Shown: positions 21,091-30,149 of the stretch, one piece after another
Numbering within the stretch: position 1 is the stretch's first letter
Layout: each line of letters opens with the position of its first letter
Source: Promethearchaeota archaeon
Lineage (GTDB): Archaea; Asgardarchaeota; Lokiarchaeia; Sigyniarchaeales; SOKP01
Assembly: GCA_019058365.1 (NCBI GenBank)
Contig: JAHPZE010000010.1
Coordinates: forward strand, 62,761 to 126,760
DNA: 64,000 nt
Direction of reading: 5' to 3'
Notes under the pieces: model-generated
Told to the model about the DNA's origin: nothing
Databases searched by the model: none
What the model saw: the letters and a program-made list of their open reading frames with translations, nothing else
Position numbers and translations under genes: made by a program

Positions 21091-22038
21091 TTATTTTATT
21101 GGTGCCCCATATTTGGGGCAAAAAGCACTAATTTTGTCTAAAATCTCAACTCCACATGAGGAGCAATAAGTAATTTTTACCAATTCTTTTTCTTGTAATT
21201 TAACAGATTTGTCTTTAACAGGTGTATCTTTTTCAATCGATATAATTTCATTTGGAGTTCGTTTTCGGTATCTATAAATGAGAGCTATTGCAACAACTGA
21301 AGCAACACCTATAGAAGAAAAAATTAATAACCACCAAAATAATTGTACTCCAGAATTATCTGAATTACTAAGTGGTTCAATTTCGATAGTGAAGTAATCG
21401 CTAAATGTATAAATTGAATCATCGTAATAATCAGAGAGTTTAATTCGATAATTACTTCCATCATATGTATCACTTGAACTGAGATACCAAGAATAAGAGC
21501 CATCGTTATATTCCATAGTATCTATTACTTCTGAGAAAATAGCTCCTTTATATAATTCTATTCGCACATAATTTATATTCCCTGTTGTAGACCACGAGAT
21601 TTCATTATACCCATTATCAAAAGTATCTGTACTCTTTGGACTATATATTATAATACTCTTCGCATAAGTTATATCAAAGCTTATTTCAACAGTTTTTGAA
21701 GTAATAAGTGAGAATGTATTAGAAAAGTAAACTTTAAAATCATCATCATAAGGAGCATTAAAATGTATCGTTCCAGATATAACTCTACCATAATTTTCAA
21801 TTGTGTCTCCATTAGAATTTTTAATATAAAGATCAATATCTTTATTTCCTCCCGCAATTACTTCAAATTCAATTGTTAAAATGTCCCCTGCATTTAGATT
21901 GAACATGAAATAGAGATAACTTCCTGGGGGAATTGTCTCAGTATAATCAGGATCATCTATACCAATAGCTGAAATAATAAATGATGAACTAAATCCTAAA
22001 ACCATTGCCAATGTTAAGATTATATTTTTCTTTTTCAT
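21091..22038 (-). CDS. Secreted p24/TMED-type GOLD domain + Ig-like domain + TM + degenerate zinc ribbon
   Basis: Signal peptide; FEVIAGGNKDIDLYI and VYFSNTFSLITSKTV match the emp24/gp25L GOLD pattern; TM FWWLLIFSSIG; CSSC..CPKY. Confidence 0.7.
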   Translation of the reverse strand: MKKKNIILTLAMVLGFSSSFIISAIGIDDPDYTETIPPGSYLYFMFNLNAGDILTIEFEVIAGGNKDIDLYIKNSNGDTIENYGRVISGTIHFNAPYDDDFKVYFSNTFSLITSKTVEISFDITYAKSIIIYSPKSTDTFDNGYNEISWSTTGNINYVRIELYKGAIFSEVIDTMEYNDGSYSWYLSSSDTYDGSNYRIKLSDYYDDSIYTFSDYFTIEIEPLSNSDNSGVQLFWWLLIFSSIGVASVVAIALIYRYRKRTPNEIISIEKDTPVKDKSVKLQEKELVKITYCSSCGVEILDKISAFCPKYGAPIK

Positions 22039-22053
22039 ATCTTGATTTTTAAA

Positions 22054-23574
22054 TTAAAAATAAATATATTTTTTAATTTTAGTAATTAGACTAATTATTG
22101 AGAGAAACGATACAAGACCAAGCAATAATAATGGATATCCTATAATAACAGGTACCCTATTACCTCCAGGAGGAGGATAAGCAATATGTAAAATATTACT
22201 CCATTCTCCAATATTAGCATCTTCATTAGGATCTATTCCTATAGTATCTCTTGCTCTTATTTTATAATAATAATTTCCATATTCCATTTCAGTAAATTCC
22301 AATGACGTATAAGAAGATGTATTTGATTCTAACACCCAATATGTATCATAAATAGTGAAATTTTCTGATTCTGAAACTATCAACTCATAATCTTGAATCC
22401 CATTTAAATCTTCAGAATTCCACCATGTTACATACCAATTATCGACTGTATATATTGTTTCATTAATTAAACCCATCCATTCAATTTTCTCGGGAGGGTC
22501 ACAATCTCTTCCATTTATTATGAATAATCCATTAGTATCTCCCCAATAAACACCTAACTTATCATCTCTAAATTGCATATTTTGGGATTCTATTTTATCA
22601 GACCACATATTACCATTGGCTTCTGAAACTTTTGAATAGTAATGTATATCTGGGGAGCTATAATAATAGCTATAACGATAGATCATTGATGAACTACTCC
22701 AATAACCCCTTTCTAAAAAATAAATGTAATTTGCTGTACACCATACATCTTTAGGATAATCAAGATTTAAATAAATATAATCCACTAAAGTATTAGTATA
22801 GTCATACTGTACGATTTTTCCATCAGCATCATAATCATAATCATCATCCTGAGCATAAATAATATATTCTCGGCTAGTATCTAAAAAAGCACTTGTAATT
22901 CCAACATCGAAAATCATCGTTTTTATACTATCTGTTAAAGTATCATATAGATGAATTTCCGTAGAATTATAATATAAAACATATCTTTCACTATATTGAA
23001 CATCAATTACACCAAAAAAATCGGGACCAATATTTTCAATTATTTTATCATTTGAATTCCAGTAAAAAACATTGCTTGCTGTCCTCCATGCTAAATCAAT
23101 TCTTTCCCAACCAGGAATTTTAAAATATTCGACAGATAATTTTTGTGGTATCCAAGTAGAGGATACAACTTTTTGATATGTTAAAATAGATGTATTAAAT
23201 TTCATAATAGCATTATTATATTCTACTGTTGCTAAAAATATCAAATCTCCCTTGGGATCATAAACAGCATCAATATCGCAAACAACTCCAAGATTTCCCC
23301 TTACCAATAAAGGAGTAAATGGTTGACTATTTAGATTAACTCTATATATCGAACCATTATTAGTTGCGTTATAAAAATATAAATTATCATAACAAAGCTT
23401 GAAAATCCCATCTTTAGTTCCAGGTATATTCACTCCATAACTAATTCCATTAAAACTATTTGAATAAAGATCATTTTCATTGATCGTTTGAATCTCTTTT
23501 GGTTTATTAATATTAAAGCATATAGATAATGATAAAACTAATATTAACATTAAAATAATCTTTTTAAACCTCAT
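22054..23574 (-). CDS. Surface protein: beta-propeller + FnIII + Loki-CTERM-like anchor
   Basis: Signal peptide; YWTD-like blades; YYYKIRARD..GEWSN (FnIII); IIGYPLLLL..TM..KIKK. Confidence 0.7.
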   Translation of the reverse strand: MRFKKIILMLILVLSLSICFNINKPKEIQTINENDLYSNSFNGISYGVNIPGTKDGIFKLCYDNLYFYNATNNGSIYRVNLNSQPFTPLLVRGNLGVVCDIDAVYDPKGDLIFLATVEYNNAIMKFNTSILTYQKVVSSTWIPQKLSVEYFKIPGWERIDLAWRTASNVFYWNSNDKIIENIGPDFFGVIDVQYSERYVLYYNSTEIHLYDTLTDSIKTMIFDVGITSAFLDTSREYIIYAQDDDYDYDADGKIVQYDYTNTLVDYIYLNLDYPKDVWCTANYIYFLERGYWSSSSMIYRYSYYYSSPDIHYYSKVSEANGNMWSDKIESQNMQFRDDKLGVYWGDTNGLFIINGRDCDPPEKIEWMGLINETIYTVDNWYVTWWNSEDLNGIQDYELIVSESENFTIYDTYWVLESNTSSYTSLEFTEMEYGNYYYKIRARDTIGIDPNEDANIGEWSNILHIAYPPPGGNRVPVIIGYPLLLLGLVSFLSIISLITKIKKYIYF

Positions 23575-23615
23575 TTTTTACCTTTTTTGTCTAGAATTTT
23601 CAAATTTAAATATTT

Positions 23616-23695
23616 TTATAATATTTTTTATAAGGGATTCTATAAAAAACTCTATATAACTATCTAGTCCTCCAACAAAATATAAATCTTTACTT
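23616..23695 (-). promoter_or_regulatory. Same promoter plus four boxes at 12-bp period
   Basis: TTATAA 23616, TTATAA 23628, CTATAA 23640, CTATAT 23652; AAGTAAAGATTTATA at 23681-23695. Confidence 0.7.
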
Positions 23696-24040
23696 TTGTT
23701 CTCATCTTTTATAGAACTTTAAAAAATTGAAAAAGTAGGTCCTATCTCTTAAACTTGTCATTAAATTTAAATTCTAATTTATATTTATAAAAGAATTTCT
23801 CCATTTTTCTCTATCCACCACTTCTTCTTCATTTACAATTTGTACAGGATGACCGGAATGTGATGAATCAAATATTTTCAACTGATTTTGATTGATATAA
23901 TCATTTTCAATGATAGGTACATATTCATGACACTTGAAACATACTTTTAGTTTTATTTAATACACGTCCTTTAGATTTAATTACTAATTTGATTTTGTAC
24001 TAATTTTTAATTGGCCAGTATTAACAATTAAATTATAGTT

Positions 24041-24577
24041 CTAAATATAACCTCCAGAGTCCATCATTATTCTCGATAAAAATTTAAAAATTGTTTCAAC
24101 ATTTTCTCCAGTTTTAGAAGAACATTCAAAATGTTTAATGAATTTCAATTTTCTTGCTATTATCTTTGCTTTTCTTTGAGAAATTATTCTCTGTTCTTGG
24201 AGATCCATCTTTCCTCCAACTAGCAATAATGGAATTTTCTTTTCATCCTTGAATAAACTTTGTTTAAATATGGTAATCCAATTCTTTATATTCATTATAC
24301 TTGAATAATTAGTGATATCATACATCAAAATACCACCAGATGCGCCTCCAGTAAAAGAAGGGAAAAGAAACTTAAATTGAGGGTCACTCCTAAAAATCCA
24401 AATTTGAAGAGTAATTTTAACTGAATTTATGGTTAACTCTTTAATTGCAATATCTATACAGGTAGGTGGTTTTGTGTCTTTATTGAATATCTTATGAATC
24501 GCTTTTTGAATGAATGAGGTTTTTCCAACATTATTATCTCCAAAAAGACATATTTTGAAAATTAGATCTCTGCTAAT
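24041..24577 (-). CDS. Rab/Ras-like small GTPase with degenerate switch motifs (copy 2); probable ATT start
   Basis: Frame open from ATT 24577: ISRDLIFKICLFGDNNVGKTS..WIFRSDPQF..GGKMD..CSSKTG; AAGGTG SD 6 nt upstream. Confidence 0.8.
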   Translation of the reverse strand: MSRDLIFKICLFGDNNVGKTSFIQKAIHKIFNKDTKPPTCIDIAIKELTINSVKITLQIWIFRSDPQFKFLFPSFTGGASGGILMYDITNYSSIMNIKNWITIFKQSLFKDEKKIPLLLVGGKMDLQEQRIISQRKAKIIARKLKFIKHFECSSKTGENVETIFKFLSRIMMDSGGYI

Positions 24578-24689
24578 TTATAACACCTTATTAAGTTAAA
24601 TTCTTTCTATATCTTAATCAAAAAGAACAGGAGAATTTAATTTTAAACTATTACCCTTGCTTTCCCTTTATTATCACTTCAAAGTGATA

Positions 24690-24755
24690 TTATAGAATAT
24701 TCTATAAGGAACCCTATATAAAAATATAAAAAGAGATAGATTTAAATTTTTGTTT
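24690..24755 (-). promoter_or_regulatory. Promoter plus three boxes at 12-bp period
   Basis: TTATAG 24690, CTATAA 24702, CTATAT 24714; TTTAAA at 24741. Confidence 0.65.
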
Positions 24756-24876
24756 TTGTTCGTAAAGTGAGAACAACTTATAATTCTACAAAAATATATA
24801 AAACCACTTAAAAAATTATATTATTAGAGAAAATTTTAGACAAAATATCGCGTAAGAATATTTCAGAGTATAAACC

Positions 24877-25416
24877 ATGTCAGAAATCAAAGAAAATGAA
24901 GATTTTAGTACGAAATTAAAGGATGAGCAGTTTCTATATTTTGCAGATAATTCTAATCTGGGAATTCTGATAATTCAACAAGGCTATATAAAATATTATA
25001 ATCACAAATTTCCAGAAAGTTTTGGCTATTCTCCAGAAGAGATCTCGCAATGGAAAAAGAGAGAATTTTTCAAAATAATCCATCCTGACGATCTAAATCA
25101 ATTATTACAAAATCTTAATATTGAGGATGATAAGATGGTATCTTTTCGATTTAGAGCAATAACTAAATCACAGAGAATTGTTAACATAGAAGTTTATCTC
25201 TGTATAATACGATACAATAATGCAAGAGCCTATTTAATAAGCACTTCATCATTAGATGAAATCTCTACAGAAGAAGCATATCTTCCAAAAAAAATAACGA
25301 TAAATAAAAAGACAAAAATTATATTAGATTATCATTCAAATGTAGTTAAACTGTTAGATGACAATAATATAGCTTTTGAAATCATTAGAAATTGCTCATA
25401 TCGAGAAGAACAATAA
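24877..25416 (+). CDS. Single-PAS sensor with conserved tail (copy 2)
   Basis: FGYSPEE and IIHPDD motifs; paralogous tail KIILDYHSNVVKLL. Confidence 0.85.
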   Translation: MSEIKENEDFSTKLKDEQFLYFADNSNLGILIIQQGYIKYYNHKFPESFGYSPEEISQWKKREFFKIIHPDDLNQLLQNLNIEDDKMVSFRFRAITKSQRIVNIEVYLCIIRYNNARAYLISTSSLDEISTEEAYLPKKITINKKTKIILDYHSNVVKLLDDNNIAFEIIRNCSYREEQ

Positions 25417-25417
25417 G

Positions 25418-25600
25418 TTAATTTTCTGACCTCTTATTTGAGACTTCTTCGAAATGTACATTGTATATTTTAGTAAGATCAAGAACTTTATGCTTAATTA
25501 ATGCTCTAGGGATATATACGATTGTATCTGGTCCCATTGAAGATAATTTTACATTTTCTAATGTAAAGATTTTCTTCTCTTTTCTCATAAGGTATCGCAT
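25418..25600 (-). CDS. AbrB-like protein (copy 2)
   Basis: KLSSMGPDTIVYIPRALIKHKVLD. Confidence 0.65.
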   Translation of the reverse strand: MRYLMRKEKKIFTLENVKLSSMGPDTIVYIPRALIKHKVLDLTKIYNVHFEEVSNKRSEN

Positions 25601-26166
25601 TAAATTTGACTTTAAATATTTTACATTATATTTTATTGAACTTTAAATATTTGTATTAAAATAAAAATTTATAGAGTTCCCTATAGAATGAACTTTTATT
25701 TCCAATAGTATTTATTCCTATCTCAGATCCATCACACCATAGTATATGTTTTCTGATTTAGTGAAGTATTAAATAGTATTTTTCAATTTTTAATTATGGA
25801 ACTAATAATTTGACAAAAGCATCAATATAGGTGTAGAATTATATTAATAGAAATTGAATTTCCTAAAAAAATTTTCTATGGCAACAATCGAAAAAATAGA
25901 GAAAGAAAACAAGACGGATATTATTATTATATAAAAAAAATAGTTTTATTTTTCATTTATTCTACCTCTTTTAACTAACTAGTTCTAATTTATCTATAAT
26001 TTCTATTTTATTTCCTTTCCCATCAATTTTATATCTTCTTAATCCTTTTGGACTTTTCCCTTTTGAATAATCTATTAGCATTTTAATAAAACGTTTAAAT
26101 TCCTTTTCTTCTTTCATTTCAATTTACTCTTTTCATTTGATTTTTGAAGAAGTTTAGCTGTATGGG

Positions 26167-26397
26167 TTTTTTCTCTTTCTTCTTTTGTTTCTTCCCAATG
26201 CGTCTTAAGTTCTTTTTCTAAGGATACCATAAATTCACTTTTCTTTTTTGTCAATTTCCTTCTCCTTTTTTTTATTTTACTTTATTTTTATTGAATCTGA
26301 ATTCTTACCCATAATATCAAGAATTAAAGTAGAAATAGGGATTTGTGAAATCTGTTTTATGATAAACCGAAGTACCTCAGAATTAGATTTTATCCCT
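26167..26397. repeat. Source copy of the 19970-20200 duplication
   Basis: Direct alignment. Confidence 0.9.
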
Positions 26398-26486
26398 GAA
26401 GATTTTTTGATTTCTGAAAAGGGATGATATAGCGGGTCTTCTTGAGTAAGGGTAAGTCTTAGTTCAATATTTTCGTTAATAGTCAT
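26277..26486 (-). CDS. RHH-like regulator
   Basis: IELRLTL..FSEIKKSSGIKSNSEVLRFII beta-alpha-alpha pattern. Confidence 0.6.
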   Translation of the reverse strand: MTINENIELRLTLTQEDPLYHPFSEIKKSSGIKSNSEVLRFIIKQISQIPISTLILDIMGKNSDSIKIK

Positions 26487-26637
26487 ATTTTTACCTCTTT
26501 TATGCTAATTAATTTTTTTTTATCCAATTTTGTCATAAAAAAGATATTTTTTTATATATATAAATATTCGTGATAATTTAGGATAAATCTGGAGTAATTT
26601 ACAAAAAGTTATATTTTTCTCAAAATATAATATCTTT

Positions 26638-26835
26638 ATGGATAAACACAATGAAACTGAAGAAGAAATAGGTATTAGACTAAATCTTTCAAAAGAAGTA
26701 GATCAACCATTATATGATTATTTCCAACAAATAAAGAAAAATCTAGGCCTAAAAACCAATACAGAAGTAGCGAGGATATGTATAAAAAAAGCGTATGAAT
26801 ACTGGTTTAGTAAAGGGGATACAGAAATAATTTAA
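26638..26835 (+). CDS. RHH-like regulator (divergent paralog)
   Basis: IGIRLNL..FQQIKKNLGLKTNTEVARICI. Confidence 0.6.
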   Translation: MDKHNETEEEIGIRLNLSKEVDQPLYDYFQQIKKNLGLKTNTEVARICIKKAYEYWFSKGDTEII

Positions 26836-27052
26836 TTTTATTTAATTTTTTCCAATTTTTTTTAATTCCTCTTGGATTTCATTATCAGCCATAATAACAG
26901 TATTAATTTGTGATTTCAAATATCTAATACCTATTACTATTTAAATAATTTTTCTATAATACCGACATTTTTAAAATCTCTTTTTTTACTCTCAATCACC
27001 TCACCCTTTCTCTAGAGCTCAGAATTGTTTTATTTTAAAAAGTCTTATCTTC

Positions 27053-27673
27053 TTATTTTACAAGCTCTTTTAACTCAAAATAGATTTCATTGATTTTTTC
27101 TATATCCTCTGTGAGTTCCTCGTTATTGACGATATTTCTAATTCCTGATAAACCAATTTGATACTTACTCAATATGGTTATCAGATAGTTCATAGGATCA
27201 TCAAATCGGCATTCAATTTTTGCTAATTCAGATAGATTAAAGCTTCTCAAATTAGATATATGAAGCCTAATTATATCTACCAAATATCTTTCTTCTGTCC
27301 TTAGATCCCACTTTCCAAGAATACCAAATAATCGCTTATATTTACCACGTTCATTAAATTCCTTTAATACTCCTCTCAGCTCATAAATTTCTGATATTAA
27401 GGACATAATTCTCTCAATTATAATTCTTAAGTGTTCATTTCTTGCTTTCTTCTCTTTAATGTATTGAATATACAATATAATAAAAGGACTTAAAATTATA
27501 ATAAATTGGATTGTTTCAGTTAAATTAACAATGTTATGACCCCAATTCAAAATAATGAATATCCCAATGATCATTCCGATAAAAATAAATAATCCTAATG
27601 AATAAAAAACAAACCATCTTTTTAATTTTTTAAATATTACACGATAATTCTTTCTTTCGTTATTTATAACCAT
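27053..27673 (-). CDS. Two-TM membrane protein with cytoplasmic helical domain
   Basis: Two N-terminal hydrophobic segments. Confidence 0.55.
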   Translation of the reverse strand: MVINNERKNYRVIFKKLKRWFVFYSLGLFIFIGMIIGIFIILNWGHNIVNLTETIQFIIILSPFIILYIQYIKEKKARNEHLRIIIERIMSLISEIYELRGVLKEFNERGKYKRLFGILGKWDLRTEERYLVDIIRLHISNLRSFNLSELAKIECRFDDPMNYLITILSKYQIGLSGIRNIVNNEELTEDIEKINEIYFELKELVK

Positions 27674-27781
27674 AGTTTAATCATCATTCTTATATTGATT
27701 TTAGCTCTCTATTATTTAACCAATTATTAGTATTATCTCTAAATTTAAATGACTTTTTTACTTCTACTTGAAAAAAAAAAA

Positions 27782-28036
27782 TTATAGTTTTTGCGTTTCA
27801 TAATAAAATGAAACTAAGAAATATCCTCGTTTTTCTGTGTAAGTTGCCTTCTCCATTCCACATTCTTTTTTGATCGGATCATTCTCAGGAAGGGGAATTA
27901 TTAGAGGGGGAATATAGGTATGTTGAATAAATCTAATCTTTTTTTCCTTGTTTTCTAAAAGCCAATTATTAATTTTTAATTGAATATCATCCTCTAATCT
28001 TAACGTTAAGATTGTGTAACTCAACATTTTAATCAA
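27782..28036 (-). CDS. Hypothetical protein
   Basis: ORF overlapping the stop of the upstream gene. Confidence 0.45.
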   Translation of the reverse strand: MIKMLSYTILTLRLEDDIQLKINNWLLENKEKKIRFIQHTYIPPLIIPLPENDPIKKECGMEKATYTEKRGYFLVSFYYETQKL

Positions 28037-28511
28037 CTTTAATAAAGTAGACTTCTTGGATGAATTCTTCTATTTTTCTGATATCATCTCTTCTATTGAA
28101 GTGAAATTTCCAATCATCCCCATTAATCATGATATATCCGTATTGTTTTAGACCTTTTACAAGTAAGACAATCCCTATAATAATTAGAATAGGGCCTATC
28201 AGATATACCAGAGTAGATAAATTAACACTCAATGCAATCCCTACTGTTAAGAAGATTGCACCCAAAATTAAGAATAATTTATTTCTAGCGTGCCACGCAT
28301 TTTCGATATATGAGATTTTAGTAAGAGGTATATCTCGATAGATTCGGTCATACCCTTTCAACTTTTTAAAATGAAATATTCTTTTATTTGTAATCCCTAA
28401 AATATTCTGTTTAACTTTTTTCTGAGTAACAGAGCTAATTTCCCCCTTCGGTCCGATTTCCCATTTGAATAGAATCGATTCTTGATTATTTAAATAATTC
28501 TCTATTGACAT
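28029..28511 (-). CDS. PH-like domain protein with inserted TM hairpin
   Basis: LNNQESIL, LGITNKRIF and DIPLTKISYI PH pattern plus 2 TM; likely ATG 28511 after a GAGGT SD. Confidence 0.6.
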   Translation of the reverse strand: MSIENYLNNQESILFKWEIGPKGEISSVTQKKVKQNILGITNKRIFHFKKLKGYDRIYRDIPLTKISYIENAWHARNKLFLILGAIFLTVGIALSVNLSTLVYLIGPILIIIGIVLLVKGLKQYGYIMINGDDWKFHFNRRDDIRKIEEFIQEVYFIKVD

Positions 28512-28567
28512 ATTTATACCTCTTTTTATTTTTTGGTTACCAAATTTAAGTTTGATTTTCAATCTCT

Positions 28568-28635
28568 TTATAGAGTTCTCTATAGAAGGTAGTATAAATA
28601 AGAAGAATATTCCGTCAAAATATAAATCTTTACTT
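28568..28635 (-). promoter_or_regulatory. Same promoter plus three boxes at 12-bp period
   Basis: TTATAG 28568, CTATAG 28580, GTATAA 28592; AAGTAAAGATTTATA at 28621-28635. Confidence 0.7.
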
Positions 28636-28724
28636 TTATAAAAAGATTAAAATTAGATAGCAAATTATTATGTTCGGGAATAATGTAGACAAAAAATACT
28701 ACAAATCAGAAATGAGTGTAAGAA

Positions 28725-29264
28725 ATGTCAAAAGCAATAATAAATGAAGAATTTTCGACTAAACTAAGGAATGAAACATTACTTCATTTTGCCGAGAATT
28801 CAACTATAGGGGTTTTAATAATTCAGAGAGGATATTTACAATATTTTAACCAAAAATTTACAGAGATTTTTGGGTATACTAAAAAAGATATTCTACAATG
28901 GAAAAAAAGAGAATTCTATAAAATTGTTCATCCTGAAGATTTACCATACTTAATAGAATTCTTTAAGATTGAAACAGATAAAAAAACAGTATCAGTACGA
29001 TTTAGAGGGGTAAAAAAAGATAACCATATAATCGATATAGAGAATTATATGTGTTATATTAAATATAACAATAAAACAGCATGCTTATCAAGCTATATTT
29101 CTTTAGAAGAGTCCTTTGATGAAATCTATGTTCCTAAATTGAGCAAAAGAAAAATAGAAAAGAAAATCATATTAGATTATCATCCAGACATAGTTAAATT
29201 TTTAGGAGATAATACTATAAAATTCGAAATTATCAAATGTAGCTCATTTCGAGAAGAATATTAA
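28725..29264 (+). CDS. Single-PAS sensor with conserved tail (copy 3)
   Basis: EIFGYT and IVHPED motifs; tail KIILDYHPDIVKFL. Confidence 0.85.
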   Translation: MSKAIINEEFSTKLRNETLLHFAENSTIGVLIIQRGYLQYFNQKFTEIFGYTKKDILQWKKREFYKIVHPEDLPYLIEFFKIETDKKTVSVRFRGVKKDNHIIDIENYMCYIKYNNKTACLSSYISLEESFDEIYVPKLSKRKIEKKIILDYHPDIVKFLGDNTIKFEIIKCSSFREEY

Positions 29265-29449
29265 CCCTCTTTTTCATGATCCTCTCCAGATATCTCTTCA
29301 AAATGAACATTATATTTTTTTTCAGGATCAAGAATCTTATGCTTAATTAATGCACGGGGAATATAGACAATAGTATCTGGACCCATAGAAGCTAATTTTA
29401 CATTTTCTAACGTAAAAATATTCCTCTCTTTATTCATATTCTGTTCCAT
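29261..29449 (-). CDS. AbrB-like protein (copy 3)
   Basis: KLASMGPDTIVYIPRALIKHKILDPEK. Confidence 0.65.
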   Translation of the reverse strand: MEQNMNKERNIFTLENVKLASMGPDTIVYIPRALIKHKILDPEKKYNVHFEEISGEDHEKEG

Positions 29450-30149
29450 ATTGGATCACTTTAAATAATTTTTATTATATTTTATAGAACTTTAAATATA
29501 TTTTTTCAGATAGAGTTCTATAGGAGGCTCTATAGGGGACTTTAAACAATAATGTTAATGGTGTAAAGAATTAAGATTGAAATTGAAATACCTGATAAAG
29601 TATATAAATTCTTCAATGTTCGAGCTATCTTTAATAACAGAAAAATAAATGAAGAAATATCACAGTTTTTAGAAAAAGAATATGAAATCTTAAAAGATTT
29701 GTCATTTGATGAAGCTATAGCTTCTTAATTTTGTTTTTTATCTCTTTAGAATACTAAAAATCATAAGCTTTTTCAATAATAAATTTAATCACTTCTGCTG
29801 ATTTAATTGGAGAAAGAAAATCTTGTATCTCCTTAAGTTTTTTATAAATGGGGTTCCAAGATATCTGGTCATGATGCTGTTTATGGATAACTACAATCTG
29901 AAAATTAAGTTAATAGATTGCAGGCTAAATTTACTCTATCTAATTTTAAATTTGAAATGTAAAGCTCACTATTGCTCTTCTCCATATTTCAACTAAAAGT
30001 ATGATATATCCTTTTAAAATTCTTAGGTTGTGATTTAAGAATAATTTTTCAAAATAATGAAAGTTTAAAAACTAGGATATTATTTTCTTTATTAGACAAA
30101 AATGTAATAATGATTTTTATATTTTAATTTGAAAAAGTAGTTATTAAGG

